Source of the DNA: Lama guanicoe
Taxonomy: Eukaryota
Direction: 5' to 3'
NCBI GenBank assembly: GCA_013239625.1
Contig: MU054212.1
Coordinates: 5,864,270-5,928,269 of the forward strand
Length of the DNA: 64,000 nucleotides
A program made the position numbers and the translations under genes. Below are positions 1-32,677 of the stretch, piece after piece. The first letter of the stretch is position 1. Every line of letters begins with the position of its first letter. The notes beneath the pieces are model-generated. The model saw only the letters and a program-made list of their open reading frames with translations. It was not told the origin of the DNA and searched no databases.

Positions 1-1685
1 GTTGGGTTTTTTTAAATTAGCAGCCATGAAAACGAATATAATTATATATTTAAACTAACTGTTGAGTGACATTGCCGTAGGAATTATGCTTATGTGTGGG
101 TCATTTAAGAGTTGGATTTTTAAGTTGGAATTTTCTAAATAAGGTATGATGTTTAGCCATAAAATAAGAAATTTTATAGACCACCTCCCCTCCTTCAAAA
201 ATAAAAAAAGATAAAGAAGAAAAGAGTACGATAGATGAAATTCTAAGATAAATCTCACCTGTGTTAGGTGTATCAGGGTAGCTGACCAAAATCCCTGGTC
301 CACCCTTCCTGCCCTGGGTCACCTGAACCCCTCTGACTGTAGCATTGCAGAGGTCTTGTGAGACCTTCTTGTGAATAAAGAGGCTGCTGAGGACCAGTGC
401 TGTCTACACAAATAGAAAAGTTAGGATATGTGATCAGAGGAAATAAACAAGAGTCATCCATGGCCTTTCTTTTATCTCATTTTCCCCCCCTTTAAGTTAT
501 TTTAGCCAAAGCTGAAAACACTTTTAAGAGTGGATTGGGGGTAAGTAAGCCAGGGACCCTCCAGGCAGTTTCTGATTCTGCCCTCTGTGCAATGAAAGGG
601 AGAGACGAAGAATTTTAAAACATTCTGCCTGGTTGGAAGAGTGGGTAAGAAGGGGAAATAGCAGTTGTTTCTGTGATTGTCCAGGGATGGGCGTGAGCTT
701 AAAGAGGCGGCAGGCACGTGCTAGGTCACCCCTATCTGGGCCCTGAAGATCATCCATTGACCACCTTCCAGACCTTCTCTGTGAGGTTCTTTCTGGCTGA
801 ATGGAAATAATAAGCCATTATAATGCCTCAAAGTTTAAACAGTATTTTAAATTACTTTGGACCCTCTACATCTCATCTGCAATAAGTTATCTAGTAATCT
901 GAGATATTAAGGTTTAAGGGGTCACCTCACCACGGACTCATAGAATCACCAAAGAAAGTTTCAAAATTATCTACTTAAGACCAACAACCTGTCAGCCAGG
1001 AGGAGCTGTCATTCAGTGACTCAAGGTCTCCAGGATTCTGTTTGTTAAACTTATCAAGGTAACTTCAGAACAGGAAGTCATTTCTAAGGGTGCGACCTTG
1101 GAAACAAATAGCACATTGATTGGTTGTTTTTTTCAGTGATATTTGACCTTCCCTCTTGCCTCTGCCGAAAAAAAAATTTTTTTTCTTGTCAGTTACCAAG
1201 AAGGCCAGTTTTTACAGCACATATATCTGATCTAATGGGAGAGCTTTTGAAGGATTTGTCTGGTTCAACTAAAAACACTACTTCTTTGAATATAGAGACT
1301 AGAAACTTACTTTTCTTCAGTCTCAAAAGCATGTTGCATGTGACATTTTTCTACCACTAAGTTCCATATGAGAAAAAAAGAGTTACAGATTTCGTAGTTG
1401 GGAGGTCATCCTGTCCAGGCATCCTTCCAATGCTTGAAACCCTTCTGTAGCATCTGCACAGGACATCACTCAGACCTGCAGAACTGAGAATGGTCAAAGG
1501 GAAGTGGGACGGAGTGGGAATGGAGGACAGAAGACAGAGTGCATCCATTATTCCGTTTATATTGTCTGCAGTATGCTACCAGTCTGCAAATTTACAGAAG
1601 TCCACAGTATCCGGAACTTGTGTGACCTTCTTGACCATAGTTAACTACAGTAACTTCCAATCAGACAAACATGGTCTAAATTCAG

Positions 1686-1932
1686 GTCTCTCAACCTTTG
1701 CATTTTGCTATTTCGGGAGGGACTGCCCTGTGCATTGTAGGATGTTGAGCAACATCTCTGGTCTTTGCCCAGTAGATGCCGGTAGCACTCACCACCCGCT
1801 CAACTCTGATTTGATGAGCAAAAATGTCTTCACTTTACCAAGTACCCCAGGTGACCTCAGGGTGGCAGGAGCTGGGGAGGGAGAGGGTGGTTAGTGCGTG
1901 TGCAGAAAATCTCCCCCAGTTGAGAGCTGCTG
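1686..1932. mobile_element. MER20-like hAT-Charlie DNA transposon relic
   Basis: ctgccctgtgcattgtaggatgttgagcaacatctctggtctttgcccagtagatgcc core; tctcaac...gttgaga inverted ends. Confidence 0.8.
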
Positions 1933-3171
1933 TTCTAAATTAAGAATGTGCTCTGTGAGATACAGAGTCCCAAGGAAATATCCAAATCATTTACTTTAGG
2001 AAGGAGCAGTCAAGATCTCAGCTATTTCCTTAGTCAAGTAAACAAACAGTTCCACAATTGACAAAATGTTGGTATAATTCTTTTGGGATTTTTTTTGTAC
2101 CATGAATGTGGACTAAATATTTCAGTTTGTCATGTCATTATTAAGTGTCTGTGAAAACAGGCTACCACAATAGATGCTATAAAATGCACACAGCAGAACT
2201 ATTAGTTAGATTCCAAGAGACCCTCAGCTTTAGATATGCACATCAGTTTTGGTAACTTTTTAGTGAAGGTACTAATTAAATTACTGAATTTTCACAATCT
2301 GAACATACCATGTAACCAGCAAGCAGGTCAAGAAACAGATTACCAGCACCCCGACATCTTCTGCCCTGACTCCGCCCCCTTGACGTCAGCATGGCCTCGT
2401 GGCTTGGCTGTTCCTTCCACAGGACTCTGGCCAGCTTGCTCCTGCATCCTATACCAGTCTCTATGTACATGTCACCTCTTCCGAGAGCCTCCCCACAGTC
2501 CTAGATCTTTCTCTACTTTAATTCTCTGTCCCTACTTTAATTTTCTTTACAGCTCTTATCACAACCTGTTTTTGTCCATCTCCCCAACATGTAGGAATCA
2601 AAGAGGACAGGAATATTCTATTACTTAGCATGTTATAGGAGCTTGGGAAATGGAAGGCATAAATAAATCCAGATTTCAGGAATTTTAAGATGAGGGAAAT
2701 GCAAGTCTTAGAAATGAGGAAATACCATCATACTTCTATTCATTGAGTGCCTGCTCTGTGCCAGTCATTGCAATAAGCCCCTTTACGTATTAGTTCTTTT
2801 AATTTGTGAAATAACTCTGCGAAATGGGTATATTAGTGAAGTTGCTTTCAGATACAAGTACCAAAACCCAACTAAAAGATTAAATTAAAAGAATGTTTTC
2901 TATCTCATAAGAAATGGTCCAGAGATGGAGTGGCTCCAGATTTGACCGATTCTATAATTCAAAGATGTTACGGCTTCGATTTGGCTTCCCTGCCATTTTA
3001 TCAGCTTTCTACTCATGTTCACAGATGGCTGTCACAATTCCAAATGTCACATCCTTGCTCAACAATCTGTAGAAGGAGGTAAAAAGAGAGGCTGTGCAAA
3101 TGCTTGTCTCCCTAGAGAGGAGAATCTTTTTTCAGACTCTTGATGTTTCATTGGCCAGATTCTCTTACGCG

Positions 3172-3340
3172 TTGTTACAGACTGAATGTTTGTGTTCCCT
3201 CAAAATTCATACATAGAAGCCCTGACTTGCAACGTGATGGTTTTTAGAGGTGAGGCCTTTGTGAGTTAATCATTAGGTTTAGATGAAGTCATGAGGATGA
3301 GGCCCATGGTGGGATTCGTGCCTTTGTAAGAAGAGACACC
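3172..3340 (+). mobile_element. MLT1-type MaLR LTR fragment
   Basis: tgttacagactgaatgtttgtgttccctcaaaattcatac start typical of MLT1 LTRs. Confidence 0.7.
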
Positions 3341-3607
3341 AGGTAAAAGAAGTGTGTAAAAAATTTATTTAAAAAGAAGTGGGTGCTGAAGCCAATACTG
3401 TATGTCAACTGTACTTGAATTTTTTAAAAAAGCATTTAGGGAAATTCTCAAAAATCAAATGCTGCCATAACAATAGTAAAATGTAAATGAGGTAAAACCC
3501 TTCAGAAGCAATGGGTCAGTGAGAAAACAAAGTATGCTAGATGACGGTTGAACCTGGGTGTTAGCTATCTGGAGGTCATTGTACTGTTCACTCTGCTTGT
3601 GTATATA

Positions 3608-3766
3608 CAGTCCTCCCTCTGTGTCCCGGGGGCTGGTTACAGGGTCTCCTCAGATACCAAAACCCACGGATTCTCAAGTACCTTGTGTCAAGTGGGGTAG
3701 TACATTTTACTCCGTATCTGTGGTTCTGTATACACCTGTTCTACATCCTCAGGTGAGGACTGACTG
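3608..3766. mobile_element. Tigger/MER2-like DNA transposon relic
   Basis: ta|cagtcctccctc start, gataccaaaacccacggattctcaagt core, gaggactgactg end. Confidence 0.55.
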
Positions 3767-6559
3767 TGTTCGTAGTTTATAAGTTTTTAAATTGTTAAGA
3801 ATAAGTAAATTCATGAAATAAAAGATTCTCAGCATTCAAGATATTAGCGATCAAGAGTGACCAAGTTTCCTGTGTTAACTACCGAGGCAACAGTGAGTAG
3901 GTGGGCTTCCTTGTCTATATCCCTACATGAACAACTGATACTCCATGTCCCATCCCACAACTCTGCTGCTTCGAGCGTGATTCAAGAACCTACCACGTTG
4001 GCATGCATCATCTGAGAGCTGGTCAGAAATGCAGAGGGGAAGGCTGAACTCCAGGCGCACTGAACTGGAATCTTCATTTTAACAGGATCCCCAGGGAACA
4101 AAATACACGTTAAACCATATGATTTTCTGCATTTCTTAACAACGAACGTCTAGAAAGTACATTCCAGTGAAAGTCGATGACGATATCCTTATGAAGAGTT
4201 TACATTTGACTAGAAGACTATAAATTGTTTTTTTTTCCCTTCATATCCTGGGGAAACACATGATATGTGGTCAGAATAATTGCATTTACTCAAAGAAACA
4301 AAGAAGAGGAAACCAGTGGTTAGGAGGCTGTGCAAGAAATACATTACATTTTAAGAATGTGCCCTGATGATGTGACACCGAGGAGTCTTGGATCCAGTCC
4401 CTAGGCTTTCCTTTTGGAAATTCCCACCAGAGACACGTGCAGAGAGGAGTAATCCACTCAGCATTGCTTTCACTTATTTTTATACCCTGCCACCTTTGAA
4501 AGTACATAAATTTGGGGAGCACAACTTTGTTTAGCGGTATCTCTGGCTATTGCTAGCTGGGTAAACTAGTAATAGGGAGCGTGAGGAAGGAATCATTTAT
4601 CTGACCATAAAGTAGAAAATTAGCCACAGTTGTTCATCTGCCCTAGAAAGACTCAAACTAGAGGCTGAGCATCCACTATCCTTAAGTTCCTCTTTGCAAG
4701 GGTGGCAGTGGGAACACGTCTACAAGTTGGAGGAAAGGAAGGTGAAGTAACCACGTGCAGAAAAGTCCCTACAAGAAGCCTTCAGGGGATGTACGTAAGC
4801 GAAAGAGGCTTAGACATTTGCAAGAAAGGTCTGCCTTCCGTGATTTACCCACTAAGGCTTCATGGATCCATGTGACCCGAGGTGCACATGAAAAAGGGAA
4901 ACAAGACTGAGAAAAATCCAAATTTAAGACAGATTGAAAAAAAATACATAAATAGCAGGTGGGAAATAAAGGCAATAAACATAGACAGTTATTTCAGTTT
5001 GGATTACAGCTGAAGAAGGATGTCAAGTAGTAGAGTAAGTGTCAGCAGAAACAGGAAAAAGTTTTGTTTGCTTGTTTTTAGGATGAGTAAGGTCTAAATA
5101 TGTTTGACTAGCCAATGAGAAGGAAATAAAGACGTCTGATTAGCCAGTAGCGAGTGAAGATGAAAGATCAGTGGAAGGAACAAGTTTCTTGAGAAAGTAA
5201 ATGTGGGAGAGTAAGTGGAAACTTGAAAATAAAGCACACAGATGATGGTTCACCTTGGAAAGGCATCAGGACTCCACGTCCTTAAAGAAAGAAGGGAAGG
5301 AGAAGATGATCAAGATACAATCTCAGTCAAATAAAGCGTGAGATCCTCTCCTAAAAGTGAGGAGGCTCAGGAGTGCAGTCAGTGTGACAGGAGCACCCTC
5401 TGGAACTTTGGGATGGTGTGATGGGGATACAATAAGAAAAGCAAAGATAAGGTGACTGCATAATTTATGAGCTAATGAGCACACTTTTGAGAATCAAAGG
5501 ATGCTAATAAATGGGATGCCTGCACAGCAGGACTCTCCTGGGCAAACAGACATGTTGGAAGTCACCCTGGAAACCAGCCCACACCCCGAAGGAGGGAGCC
5601 TGGATGTGTGAGCCTGTCTAGCCCCCTCCAGCCAAGTTGTCAGCACAGAGTTAAAGAGAATAATAGTGAGGCTTACAGAGTTGCGGGCGAAAGTGAGGCA
5701 GAAATATTAGATCAAGAGAGTGAGGACCCCTGAGTCACTGGGATGGCGGGCAGTAATCTGCTAGCATTGGTCCGTAGAGTTGTCTGCAGGGATGGAACCG
5801 TTCTTAAGCCTCTTGCCTCATGTGGCTATTGAGCAAATGAATTATTAATGTCAAATAATTTAAGCATAAATAGCCCCATGGGGCCACCATGTTAGAAGTG
5901 CTGGTTCAGATTAAGCCAAGAGAAAAGTGAGGCCAAGAGGAGATTAATGGACTATAGAGAAAGTGCAGCAAAAGGCAGTAGGGGAGTTTGCCGTGCAGGT
6001 GTAGAGTAAACGTACCTCTGCTCAGTTCTGTGCAGTGTCAGACCAGAGTGCTTGATAAGAGCCAAAGGAACAGCTGGTGGGACTGAGGAAGTTGAGGAAT
6101 GAAGTCTGAATGTGGGCAGTCGTGTGGGGGACCCCTGGGGGGGTGATGGGATTTGTGGGGGTACACCTCACACTAAAGGCCTTGAGGAGAGACAAGTGGG
6201 TCCCCGAGAACTCGAGGTGAAAACCACAGCGTTAGGGGAGAGGGAGAAGGGGGTGGCTAAGATTTAAAGAGGAGTGTTTGTTTTTCAGATACTGTGTTTT
6301 GAGTTTCCTGGAGGAGGCCTTAACGCATCCAAAAAAAAAAAAAGTAGATTTCCCTCGTGGTCCTGGTCATGGCGGGAAAGCAAGGAGGAAAATTGTCATT
6401 TGTTTCCCTTTGACGAAGGAGGGGAACAGTAGTTTTAAACCGCCCCTTATTTTAAATGTCTATAATGTCCTAGGTGGTAGGCTATTCATCCACAAAGTAT
6501 TTAAGCTGAATTGAGTGATAAATTGTATTAAACCACCAATAAATAATTTTGTTTTCCAG

Positions 6560-27159
<20,600 letters not shown>

Positions 27160-29470
27160 ACGGCGCTCAGCACACGCCGGCCCAGAGTGGAGCCAGCTGG
27201 GGCTGAGGGCCTGCTTTCAGGGGACCTGGCTGTTCATGAGCCTTACACACATGAGAGGCACATACACCTGGGGCTTAAATTTTTCCTCCATCACAAATAT
27301 GCAGAGAACCTCACTGACTCAGCTTCCAGGCGTGCACTTCAGAAGACCTCCCAGACTTCCTGAGGGCGTAATGATCATGCTGTCTTGGGTGCCTTTTAGT
27401 GACTCATGGCCAAACAGTACTCACAGAGCAAGTTAAACAGAGAGTAAATCTGGCTTCTAAGAATGTATCAGATGAACAGTGTCCAGTTCATGAGCCGTCC
27501 AATAGAGCCACCCACCAAACTGAGCGGGCCCCTCTGCACAGCGTTGAACGTTGCTGCTCCATATTCCATGCTTTCCTGCACCCAGCAGATTATCAGCAAC
27601 TTATTTATCCAAAGATACATGCACGGTCTGAGTAACCAGTTTTGCTTGTTTGGTTTCCTTAAGACTAGAGGCCCTCCAATTCCTGTAAGATTAATTGAAC
27701 TTTGGAGCACCGGCTTGGTGAGAGCACACACTGCATGTTCCTGTGGGTGCGTGTGTGTCGTATAGCCTTAAAAACAGCATTATACCTTCCCTTTGTCTCT
27801 CAGTAATCATGAAAATATTAAATACTTCAAATTCAGTAAGCTAATCCAGGGCAACATTCATAAACATAAGATCTCTTTATTTTTTATAGTAATAAAATAC
27901 ACTATTAAAAAAAAACTCAGGATACATTATCTTCTAAATTAGTACAGCTGAATTAACTCTATCCACTGTGGTAAGAACCATGCCTGTTTCATTGCCATAT
28001 ATCCCCCGTGCCTATTGTAGAATTAAACTGAATTTTAGAAGCCACTCTTACCTATAATTGCAAAAAATATCAAAAGACCCTTTAACTTCTGTAATTACGA
28101 GTTTGAAATGACGATTTATTCCATGTCTCAGAGTCACTGGCTAGCTAGTCACGGCTTCCTACACGAGTGTTAAATATTAGATAGCTGACCTGAACTTGTA
28201 CCTCCTGCCCTTTTTTAAGAAGTGATTTGGGTGTTTTGGCCAAATAAATAGATTGTATTTTTATTGCTCCTTGAAGAAGTCATCCATCTCAAGTTTCAAA
28301 GTGTAAGTGCATACCAGTAATAATTTATTTTAATATTCTTTACAATAAAAAATGTCCATAAATTTTTTTAAAAGGCTGTAGTTTTGTGAATTTTCAGGAT
28401 ATTTTACTAGGAAAATGAATCTCTAAAAATTTATTTTGTACCACATTTTTTAAAAATATTGTTGACTTTTGTATTATGCAAAAGATTTTACATATTTTTA
28501 CTCCCACTTTTGTATATAAGTAAAAGGCAGATATTTTTAGACACCACAAGCCTGTGGCCAAAAGGAAGGTCACTGTTCCGTGCTCTAAATTGTTTACTCT
28601 CTACTTAGTCTTTGTTGTTGCTTTTTTTTTTTTTCACTATAGACTTAGTAGTTAATTTTTGCCAAGTCTGCATCAGGAATATCACTACTGTGTGAAAATG
28701 GGGCTATGACCTACGTGCTCCAAACCAACAAAACTTGGTCTTCAACTTCCTCCTTGGGTGGGTGTGAAAAATCCTCACTTGTCTCCTGTATGTAAAGTAA
28801 TCACATTTTCTAAATGGTTTTCTTTGTACGTGAAAGCATGGTTTGTATTAGTTACATTTGTTCCATGGGAGAAGCATTATATTTGTAGGTGTTATCCTCA
28901 AAATATTTAAATAAAAAGGTGACCTTTTGAGCAACCCTTTGCCCATATCTTTATTGCCCCGTCGTATTTTACTAGGAATGTAAGTAGTCGTTAGGGAGGA
29001 GACAGCACCCTGAAGGCAGGTGTTTGTCAGACTTTGGTGTCGGTTTCCATTAGGACTGCTTATATCTGCCTCAGCCAGCCTCCTCCTAAGAGGGGCAGAC
29101 CACAAGCAGGCTCAGTTAAATATGAGTCTCAAACCAATAATGAATAGCTCTTTAGTGTAAGTGTGTCCCGAAGTAAAAAACTGTGTCCACCTGAAATTCC
29201 TATTTCCCTGGCTGCTCTGTTTCTGTTTGCCAAGCCTGCTGACCTTGTTCCTAAGAGACTGGAGTTTGCTCCCCGCCTGGAAAATAATATGGGAGGAACC
29301 TGTGGATTGATTCAGCTGAAGATTTGCACCTCTGACCCCAAGAGATGAAATCATTCAACCAATGTTGAGAAGCTTAGTTGCTTATTATATTTTACAAGGG
29401 AAACGATCAGAGTTTCTGTCAATACTGTAATGTCCCATTAATAAACAGTTCACAACGCGGGTGCATCGAG
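27160..29470 (+). other. DSG2: DSG2 3' UTR (3' end approximate)
   Basis: AT-rich sequence after the stop; AATAAA at 27891, 28243, 28344, 28910 and 29440. The distal site would give a ~2.3 kb UTR, similar to my recollection of human; the site actually used cannot be read from sequence. Confidence 0.55.
29440..29445 (+). terminator. Candidate distal poly(A) signal of DSG2
   Basis: AATAAA hexamer; chosen by analogy to orthologue UTR length. Confidence 0.4.
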
Positions 29471-31291
29471 ACGTCCTAAAGCATGAAGACTGTGTTCTAC
29501 TTCTGTGACCCCGGGACTCCAACCCCACGGGGCACGTGGGAGCAACTCTCAGTTGACCTCATGAATCTGTCCAGACCCAATATTCCAATCACCACCACAT
29601 CAAACTTTATACAATAAGACATTGCTTATCTAGTATCTAGAAATGAGATGTTTCAGATAACAACTCTCAGATAATTAAATCTTAACTTCTTTAACATACC
29701 AACATTTCCTAGTTGCACTATGTTCGTGTAGCTCAAATCCTCTGCATCATTATTGACTTCTTTTATCTACTTTTTCCATTAATCATTGAGGGAGGATAGT
29801 TAGTCTCCAAATGATTGTGTGTTTGCCTGTTTCTCCTTTAATTCTTTCTCTGTTTACTTCCTGTATTTTGAAACTTATTATTTATACCTGTGTCATTAGG
29901 TACAAACACATTAAGATTTATTGTGCCTTTCTGAAAAATTGACTTACAGGATGTCTCTCTTTATCTCTGGTTATATTCTTTGTCTTGAAATTTGCTATGC
30001 CTAACATTAGCATCACCATGCTAGCGTACACTTACTGTTCGCATGCCAACCTGGAAAAAGGTAGAAGAGAAAGAAAGCAGTTTGATGGCTGAATAAGCAT
30101 TAAGCCAGAATGCAATGTGCAGCACGGGCCACCCATAAAAACTGGAGATGGGTGAAGAAAGAGGAAAGTGGGTCATGGCATTTCTTCCCATTTCCTACTG
30201 CCAGCACCTGCCAGGCGTCTCTGCACAGCACCTCCCCATTTGGGTTCAAGGACCCCTCCCCCTCTCTGCACCTGGAGGCAGTCGGTGGTGACTGCCCCCC
30301 GCCACGTGCTGCCAGACGCAGATTCCCGGACCATCCCGTGAGGTTTCCCCCACCTGCCTTACCTTTTGTATTTGATCCATTAAACTCTCCTCACTTCCAT
30401 CTACTTCCCCCGGGGACACTCCCTGACTCTCTCGGCTGCTTTCTTCTCCTGATACACCCAAACAGGACAATTGTGAATTTTGAAAATCCAACAGCATTTT
30501 CCAAGTAGATTTCCTATACCTGTGAGTGAACAGTGGTGTCAGTGTCTCACCCGTCTGTCTTTCATTTAATTTGCAGCCTCTAACTTGCTGCATCTCAAGC
30601 CCAGGTTGGTTCTCGTTGTAAAGGCTTAATCAGAGAACTCTGAGAAGGGACTGAGGGAGGTTTTAGTGCAGAATGGGGACTGTTTGCAGTGACTCAACAT
30701 CCCTTCTGCTTATTGCAGAGTCTAGATGCCGCTTGCTTGGATTATCAAGAGATTTTACTCCCTGTACTAGAGGTTTGTTTTATTATTCTGTCCTTTCACC
30801 CAAGGCTGACGCTGGGACGGAACCCAGATACCCCATTACTTCCCCTCATCTATGGCTTTCCGCCTCTTCTAGCAGGAAGCTTGCTTTCACAGCTTTCTTG
30901 AGTTGGAAGTAGTTTCAAGCTTTGTCTTTTCCAACCCCTCCAAGGACCACGCCCACCATCACCCCAGGGCTCTTTCTCAGAGGGGGAAAAAAAAAACTGG
31001 GTTAAGGAGAGGAAAACAGCCCTTGGGGTACTGCTATGAAAAAAGTGGGGAAACACGCAAAACAAACATCATAAATGATTCTGAATATATTCTTTCTAGA
31101 TGGAGCCTTAGTTGAGTTGGCTTAGCAGGAAACTATGTGTACGTTCACCTGGTGCTAATTCACAGGTTTCTCCACGTGGAGATCCTCTGGACCACAGAAA
31201 CAGATGGAATAGCAGAAGCGCAATGACCTGAGTGCATGCTCATAAACCACGGCCTCAACGCCATTGGAGTAAGTGAGTGTTATACGCATTA

Positions 31292-31310
31292 TGGCCACAA
31301 GATGGCACTA
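31292..31310 (+). promoter_or_regulatory. Candidate CTCF site between DSG2 and TTR
   Basis: TGGCCACAAGATGGCACTA closely follows the CTCF core TGGCCACCAG(G/A)(G/T)GGC(G/A)CTA. Confidence 0.5.
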
Positions 31311-31669
31311 GGCACGCAGCAAAAGAGGCAAAGCCGGTCAGCGCTAAAACTAGGAGGGGAAAATTCAGCGATTTAGTAAGTTCATAAGCAATGTAAACTC
31401 ACAAAGGCCAATACTTGCCTTTGCTAACTGTGCTCCTTCCAGATAAAGAATGATATGCTTCAGGATTGCCTGGGAAACGAGGCCCAGATCATGGAAGTCT
31501 GATGAAACCTGTTTGGCTCCTTTGGTGATGAAATACAAAAGGTCTTCTGAAGGTCTGTCATGAGGCTATGATTCTACAAAAATGCCGCGCTTTGGAGGAT
31601 GGATTGGCCAATGGCTTGACAGATAACACTCTCAGCCTGGTGTGAGCTAATTTTAAGAACAGATGTTGA

Positions 31670-32677
31670 AACAGCTCTTACAACTCAGTATAAAAAAAAC
31701 AACCCAATCAAAGCATGGGCAGAAGATCTTAATAGACATTTCTCCAGAGAAGACATACAGATGGCCAACAGGCACGTGAAAGGATGCTCAGCATCACTAA
31801 TTATTAGAGAAATACAAACCAAAACTACAGTGAGGTGTTACTGCACACTAGCATGGTCACCATCAAAAAGTTTACAAATAATAAATGCTGGAGAGGGTGC
31901 AGAGAAAGAGGAATGCTCCTATATTGTTGACAGGAATGTAAATTGGTGCAGCCACTATAGAGAACAGTACGGAGGTTCCTTAGAAAACTAAAAATAGTGT
32001 TATGGCAGGATTCAGCAATCCCATTCCTGGGTCAATCATCCAGAAAAGATGAAAACTCTTAATTGGAAAAGATATATGCACCCCAACGTTTACAGCAGCA
32101 CTATTTACAATAGCCAAGACATGGAAGCAACCTAAGTGTCCATGGACAGATGAATGGATAAAGAAGATGGAATATATATATAGGAATCTTGCAGTAGAAT
32201 ATTACTCAGCCATAAAAAAGAATGAAATATTGCCATTTGCAGCAACATGGATGGACCTAGATATTAGCATACTGAGTAAAGTAAATCAGACAGAGAAAGA
32301 CAAATATTATATGGTATCACTTATATGTGAAATCTAAAAAATAACACAAATGAATTTATTTACAAAACAGAAATAGTCTCACAGACATAGAACACAAACT
32401 TACGGTAACCAAAGGGGAAAGACAGGGAAGGATAAATTAGTAGTATGAGATTAGCAGATACACACCACTATATATAAAATTAACAACAAGTATTTACTGT
32501 GTAACACAGAGAACTATATTCAATACCTTGTAATAGCTTATAATGGAAAAGAATCTGAAAAATATATAAATGTATAAAATTGAATCACTTTTCTCTACCC
32601 TTGAAACTAACACAATATTGTAAGTCAACTATACTCCAATATTTAAAAAGTAAAATAATAATAATAATAATAATACA
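31670..32677 (+). mobile_element. 5'-truncated L1 (~1 kb; degenerate ORF2 C-terminus plus 3' UTR)
   Basis: [23 protein letters not shown] resembles L1 ORF2 C-terminus; A-rich tail; imperfect TSD at 31655-31669 and 32678-32692. Confidence 0.92.

Noticed and set aside
31761..31991. L1 ORF2-like peptide (also 52338-52646) as a gene or active element
   Set aside because: 5'-truncated, frameshifted relics about 1 kb long.
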